Source of the DNA: Patescibacteria group bacterium | GTDB lineage: Bacteria > Patescibacteriota > Saccharimonadia > CAILAD01 > BJGX01 | Length of the DNA stretch: 64,000 nt | Assembly: GCA_026397045.1 (NCBI GenBank) | Contig: JAPLVO010000009.1 | Span: 1,548-65,547, forward strand | Direction: 5' to 3' | Shown: positions 60,601 to 64,000 of the stretch, piece by piece | How the letters are laid out: the number at the start of each line of letters is the position of its first letter | Position numbering within the stretch: position 1 is the stretch's first letter | Made by a program: the position numbers and the translations under genes | Notes under the pieces: model-generated | What the model saw: the letters and a program-made list of their open reading frames with translations, nothing else | Databases searched by the model: none | What the model was told of the DNA's origin: nothing

Positions 60601-61243
60601 TTTTTCTTAATCCAGCGTTTAGCTTCTTCTGGGGCTCCCAATCGATATGTGGCTGCATCTCTAAATAATAGTTTTCCTTACCGAATACACTTTTATACCA
60701 CTTTGCTATATCCAAAGCTTGTTCATATTGGTCATTGCTTATCAGGCTCCCTAGCTCACCGCCTAGGCACCCTGAGAGCACCACTAGACCATCCGAATAC
60801 TTTTCCAGAAGATCATGGTCTACTCTGGGCTTATAATAAAACCCTTCGAGGCTTGCAATAGTGCTAAGCTTCATTAAATTCTTGTAGCCAGCGTGGTTTT
60901 TTGCTAGCAGTGTTAAGTGATAAGGTTTTCTATCTTCGGCCGAGTTCTTATCGGTGTGCTTCCTGGGGGATACATAGGTTTCCAGGCCGATGATAGGTCT
61001 TATGCCTCTGTCTTTACAGGCTTTGTAGAACTCAATCGCTCCCCCGAGCGTGCCGTGGTCGGTAATTGCCACCGAAGACTGTCCGATCTGCTCTATCCTA
61101 TCGATCAGCTGGGGAACTTTTTGAAGGCCATCTAGTAGGCTGTAATGTGTATGGTTGTGTAGATGTACGAAGTCAACAAAGCCAGGCTCGTTTCGGGCCT
61201 TACTAATAACATCATTACCAACTCCGCTAGCAGACCCCTCCAT
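57635..61243 (-). CDS. dnaE: DNA polymerase III alpha subunit
   Basis: PHP motif HLHNHTHYS, GRGSAAGS, PDIDMD and FNKSH. Confidence 0.97.
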   Translation of the reverse strand: MEGSASGVGNDVISKARNEPGFVDFVHLHNHTHYSLLDGLQKVPQLIDRIEQIGQSSVAITDHGTLGGAIEFYKACKDRGIRPIIGLETYVSPRKHTDKNSAEDRKPYHLTLLAKNHAGYKNLMKLSTIASLEGFYYKPRVDHDLLEKYSDGLVVLSGCLGGELGSLISNDQYEQALDIAKWYKSVFGKENYYLEMQPHIDWEPQKKLNAGLRKIAKQMSIGLVATGDCHYSTVDDHYPHDILLCVQTGSKLEDPRRMKLDMDLSVQPGSFFRDRFKDCPEAITNTLKIAKMCNIEIELGKILIPTFPSVPKGETEKSYLRKLVYQGAANRFTDIPEGNLDKMTEDKVSPKLDSVILDRIEYELKVIAQMGYEGYMLIVADLINWSKNQGIVCGPGRGSAAGSIIAYCTNITEINPIKYGLLFERFLNPERISMPDIDMDYADDRREEVIAYATQKYGQERVAQIITFGTMAARNAVRDTGRVLGLPYGEVDAIAKSIPAPVQGRHIPLKVSILENPELRTEYNNNPRAKEVIDIAIKLEGTIRNAGTHAAGVVIAPEPLVEYTPLTRASKGGIATQYSMNPIEDLGLLKFDFLGLSNLTVIKNALRIIKKVYGEEININQIPIDDKSTFELLSNGDTTGVFQLESAGMKRYLRDLKPDKFEDIIAMVSLYRPGPMQWIEDFINRKHNPKLVAYGHPKMESALKETYGIIVYQEQVMQIAKDLCGFTGGQADTLRKGIGKKNPAVLAKMKKEFIDGAISVSNTEQKFVEDLWKGLEDFAAYSFNKSHAACYALISVQTAFLKSHYPSAFMAALLTSDHDNLDRIAIEVAECRKMGLEVLPPHINESYMEFAVVPKTGNIRFGLGAVKNVGRGPIEKIIEAREKEGNFKSVEDFAQRVDATVVNKKVMESLIKCGAFDSLGDRDTLLCNVDKVTSYASRVQKNALSGQIDIFGTLNLHEEIPAISMDSPSGKIDPRQHLVWEKELLGLYVSTHPLDDFKNYLKHKTQSIKNFTKQDDGKQIAIGGIVTAMRKIYTKNNDPMAFVTLETLDGDIELIVFPRTFQRQEGIWALDNIIEVIGKVNAKDREGRPTDEVKVMADNAKVLNADTARKWLAPKQRTAPKNVASIAIILKSLHDTTELTRIKHLLDAHPGESIVTLEFVKSAQKLKLPNRVLVDDKLISALASIAGSGNVVLEDEVPSSAG

Positions 61244-61270
61244 TACTAACCTCCTTATTTAAAAACCTAA

Positions 61271-61531
61271 CTACTTTGTAGTAGTCTGGTAGCCTTGTCC
61301 TAATTGGCTTATGAAATCTCCGATAATTGGTAGCCCCCCAAAGCTAGCCACCAAATAACCCAACAAAACTACAGCTAAGGCCGCCCCCAAAACACCTGCA
61401 AACCCCCTAATGAAACCAGCCTTAAAGTTAAGCCAGTACAATTTTTTCTTATCATGCAATAGCTCTAACACTTGATCTAACGAGATAACGCTATTTACCT
61501 CTAATTTGTTTGTTTTATTTTTATCAGCCAT
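61271..61531 (-). CDS. Small membrane protein (DUF5665-like)
   Basis: NF.AG..RG...LG and PIIGDF pattern. Confidence 0.6.
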   Translation of the reverse strand: MADKNKTNKLEVNSVISLDQVLELLHDKKKLYWLNFKAGFIRGFAGVLGAALAVVLLGYLVASFGGLPIIGDFISQLGQGYQTTTK

Positions 61532-62043
61532 TATTTACTATTCGAGGTCTTGCCCCCAGCCTTAGGAGGGGTTCCTTTGCCTACCTCGTTTACAGCAGAT
61601 TTGACTATTCTGCCTGTGGATTTACTGGCTTTCTTGGCGTACTTCCTGGCATCATTAAGAGCCTCAGATCTGTAAACATCTAGCTGGTCGATAAGCGATT
61701 TGCCTTCTTGCATCATCTTGTCGACCTCTCTGGCGGCTACCTTGGTAACTCTTTTGCCCGATTTACTAAACTGCAGACTCTTGGTCGTAAGCTCTGACTT
61801 AAGCGATTCTGCTCTTGCTATCATGGCCAGTTTTCTGTCTTTGGCATCACCTGTTAAATTTTCGGCTTGCTGCTTTGCAATCTTTATTTTTACATCCATG
61901 TCTAGGCTTATTTCTTTGGCCTTATTGGCAATATCATCCCTTAGCTCTTTACCGGCTTTTGGGGCAAATAGTAGAGCCAGGGTACCAGCTACCGCGGCTC
62001 CGATTGCTGCTCCTGTAATAAATCTACCTTTCTTGCTACTCAT
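61531..62043 (-). CDS. YtxH-domain protein
   Basis: GA.IGA......ALLFAPKAGKELR motif followed by a coiled coil. Confidence 0.85.
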   Translation of the reverse strand: MSSKKGRFITGAAIGAAVAGTLALLFAPKAGKELRDDIANKAKEISLDMDVKIKIAKQQAENLTGDAKDRKLAMIARAESLKSELTTKSLQFSKSGKRVTKVAAREVDKMMQEGKSLIDQLDVYRSEALNDARKYAKKASKSTGRIVKSAVNEVGKGTPPKAGGKTSNSK

Positions 62044-62306
62044 CGCTTCTTGCCTGACTTTTTGCCATAATGGCTCTTAAGATACTTCTCTATCATAAGG
62101 GCTACTACCCCTGGGTTAACCACGGCACTTCTAACATTATCCACTAGCTCGGCGGCCGAATCAGCACTTTCCTGGACTTTCTGAGAGGCAATTCGAACTT
62201 GCTTTGTAGCCTTTATAAGACCTATTAGAAAAACTACGCTAAAAGATATTAATATTATCAGCGAAATAGAAACTAATGTAATTAGTATAACCAGTAAATT
62301 TTCCAT
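62040..62306 (-). CDS. Small membrane/coiled-coil protein
   Basis: N-terminal TM helix then an amphipathic helix; overlaps the ytxH-like gene start. Confidence 0.65.
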   Translation of the reverse strand: MENLLVILITLVSISLIILISFSVVFLIGLIKATKQVRIASQKVQESADSAAELVDNVRSAVVNPGVVALMIEKYLKSHYGKKSGKKR

Positions 62307-62924
62307 TTATTTACTTCCTTTCTTAGTTATTGAAGTAGCTTTCTTAATTATAGCACTGCCCATTGAAGGCATCTCTGAATTAACATGCCTATATAGTACC
62401 ACCCACTCATTTTTTTCTATTAGGCTATTGGGGATTACATGCAGATGGCCTTCGCTGTCTTCAATCCTCGTCTTTCGGACATCCATTTCGCGGACTATCC
62501 CCTTGGTCTTCTGGTCTCCCGACATAACCTTGTAGCCTACCCTAAAATCCTTATCATTAGCTAGCTGAAGTCCCGAAACTAAATCGCTTACGGTCGCAGA
62601 TATCCCAGACGAAAACCCAAGCAATAATATCGCGAAAGAACCGGTCAGAGCTAATGCTACACTAGTTAAGCCCAGTACCTGCAAAATCGTAATTGCGAGA
62701 AACCCCCACAATGCAACTCTAATCAAGGCTGCCATTATCTCTTGTAGGCCTAGTGGCCAGCTCGTCCATCGCAAGCCGGTGCCTAAGAAACGAGAAATAA
62801 TTTTAATTGCTATAAAGCCAGCTAGCAGGATAAACAGTGCTGCAGGTATCTTAGGCAGGATATCGCCTGAGGATATTGTAGTAGTGCTTAAACCTTTTAC
62901 TATGTCGTTTTGTATATTTTGCAT
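62307..62924 (-). CDS. Small-conductance mechanosensitive channel (short MscS-like)
   Basis: TM helices, DLVSG..L, F.VG and IPNS motifs. Confidence 0.85.
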   Translation of the reverse strand: MQNIQNDIVKGLSTTTISSGDILPKIPAALFILLAGFIAIKIISRFLGTGLRWTSWPLGLQEIMAALIRVALWGFLAITILQVLGLTSVALALTGSFAILLLGFSSGISATVSDLVSGLQLANDKDFRVGYKVMSGDQKTKGIVREMDVRKTRIEDSEGHLHVIPNSLIEKNEWVVLYRHVNSEMPSMGSAIIKKATSITKKGSK

Positions 62925-62928
62925 AATT

Positions 62929-63999
62929 TTATTCCTTTAGTAATTTAATCATAAGTTCGTTGACTTTAGAAGGGTTAGCTTGGCCGTTAGTATCTTTCAT
63001 TACCTGGCCGATAAAGAACCCCAGGACTCTTTCATTGCCAGACCGATAGTCTTTTAAGGGGCCGGGATTCTCAGAGATTACCTTGCTAATAACCGCCTCG
63101 AGCTGGCTATCGTCCGAAACTTGCTTGAGGCCCTGGCTAAGTACTAACTCCTTTGGGCTAATTCCTTTCGCCACATCAGGGAATATGTGCTTGGCTATCT
63201 TTGAGCTTATCTCGCCAGATTCAATCAAATTTATCAACTCTACAAGATTAGCACCAGAAAGCCTAAGGCCCTCTGGGCTAGCCGAAAGTTGAGACTGATA
63301 ATCCCCCACTAACCAATTTATAGCTTTTTTTACTAATAACGGATCTGCCAGCAAGTCGTGAGCTTGCTGGAATATTTTTGTGGTATCGGGCTGGGACAAC
63401 AGGATATCCTGCTCATCAGCACTAAGTTTAAGTTCGTAAAGCTCTTTACGGATAACTATTGGCAGAATAGATATATCTGCCTGTGCCGTCTTAATAAATT
63501 GACTAGAAATTGATAGTGGTGGGATATCTGGCTCGGTGAAGTAGCGGTAATCATTCGCATCTTCTTTACTTCTTTGCGAGAATGTTTTGGATTTAGTATC
63601 ATCCCAGCCCCTTGTTTCTTGGATAATATTTTCACCCGAATCTAATACACTTATTTGTCGTTGTATTTCATAGTTAAGAGCTCTTTCGGCATTACGAAAT
63701 GAATTTAGATTTTTAAGTTCTGTTCGAGTCCCTAATTGCTGCGTATCACTTACTGAAACATTAAGATCGAACTTGAAGTTGCCATGCTCCATATCTCCGT
63801 TGCAAATACCAAGCGAAGTGACAATATTGTGCACCTCCATAAGAAATCTCTTAGCCTCTTCGGCGCTTTTTATGTCAGGCTCAGATACGATTTCCACGAG
63901 CGGGGTGCCGGCTCTATTGAAATCTACTAGGCTGTAGTTGGCTCCATTGGGATGAGTGAGCTTTCCAGCATCTTCCTCTAGGTGGGCGTGGTGGATGCC
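62929..63999 (-). CDS. gatB: Asp/Glu-tRNA amidotransferase subunit B (5' part outside the window)
   Basis: Frame open to the window edge (HLEEDAGK...DFNRAGTPLVEIVSEPD); ELKNLNS and YRYF.EPD motifs. Confidence 0.96.
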   Translation of the reverse strand, partial: GIHHAHLEEDAGKLTHPNGANYSLVDFNRAGTPLVEIVSEPDIKSAEEAKRFLMEVHNIVTSLGICNGDMEHGNFKFDLNVSVSDTQQLGTRTELKNLNSFRNAERALNYEIQRQISVLDSGENIIQETRGWDDTKSKTFSQRSKEDANDYRYFTEPDIPPLSISSQFIKTAQADISILPIVIRKELYELKLSADEQDILLSQPDTTKIFQQAHDLLADPLLVKKAINWLVGDYQSQLSASPEGLRLSGANLVELINLIESGEISSKIAKHIFPDVAKGISPKELVLSQGLKQVSDDSQLEAVISKVISENPGPLKDYRSGNERVLGFFIGQVMKDTNGQANPSKVNELMIKLLKE

Positions 64000-64000
64000 G

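Noticed and set aside
29557-61243. Inteins or introns in rpoC, rpoB, recG, clpP or dnaE
   Set aside because: Lengths are ordinary, frames are uninterrupted, and no splice-junction or homing endonuclease motifs were seen.

Overview
A 64-kb stretch of core chromosome from a Patescibacteria (CPR) bacterium, most likely Saccharibacteria-like. The lineage call is inferred from the missing rpmD/L30, compact gene packing and divergent proteins. Almost all genes lie on the minus strand. In transcription order the window holds gatB (partial), mscS, ytxH, dnaE, rplS, rnhB, yraN, nusA, clpC, radA, a PIN/TRAM protein, a class A PBP (+ strand), tyrS, recG, rsmD and tRNA-Leu. Then come a three-gene accessory array, tig, clpP, rpoBC, the str, S10, spc and alpha ribosomal clusters, rplM-rpsI, a K+-channel-like gene, rluA, holB, a TPR protein, three tRNAs, pspC and a small sensor/membrane group. 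The best candidates for new biology are: (1) a tRNA-Leu-anchored, integron-like array of single-gene cassettes separated by an 86-bp repeat that combines a tRNA-3'-end mimic, a terminator and a leaderless promoter; (2) a Tyr-Tyr leader peptide upstream of tyrS whose Tyr codons pair perfectly with the tyrS start region, a candidate translational attenuator; (3) an EF-G with both guanine-specificity motifs altered (NKxD to NKIN, SAx lost). Further candidates are structured leaders on rplC, rpoB and nusA, a GAAC-N7-GAAC box at radA, and a channel lacking the GYG filter. All calls come from reading the sequence by eye; no searches or folding programs were run.
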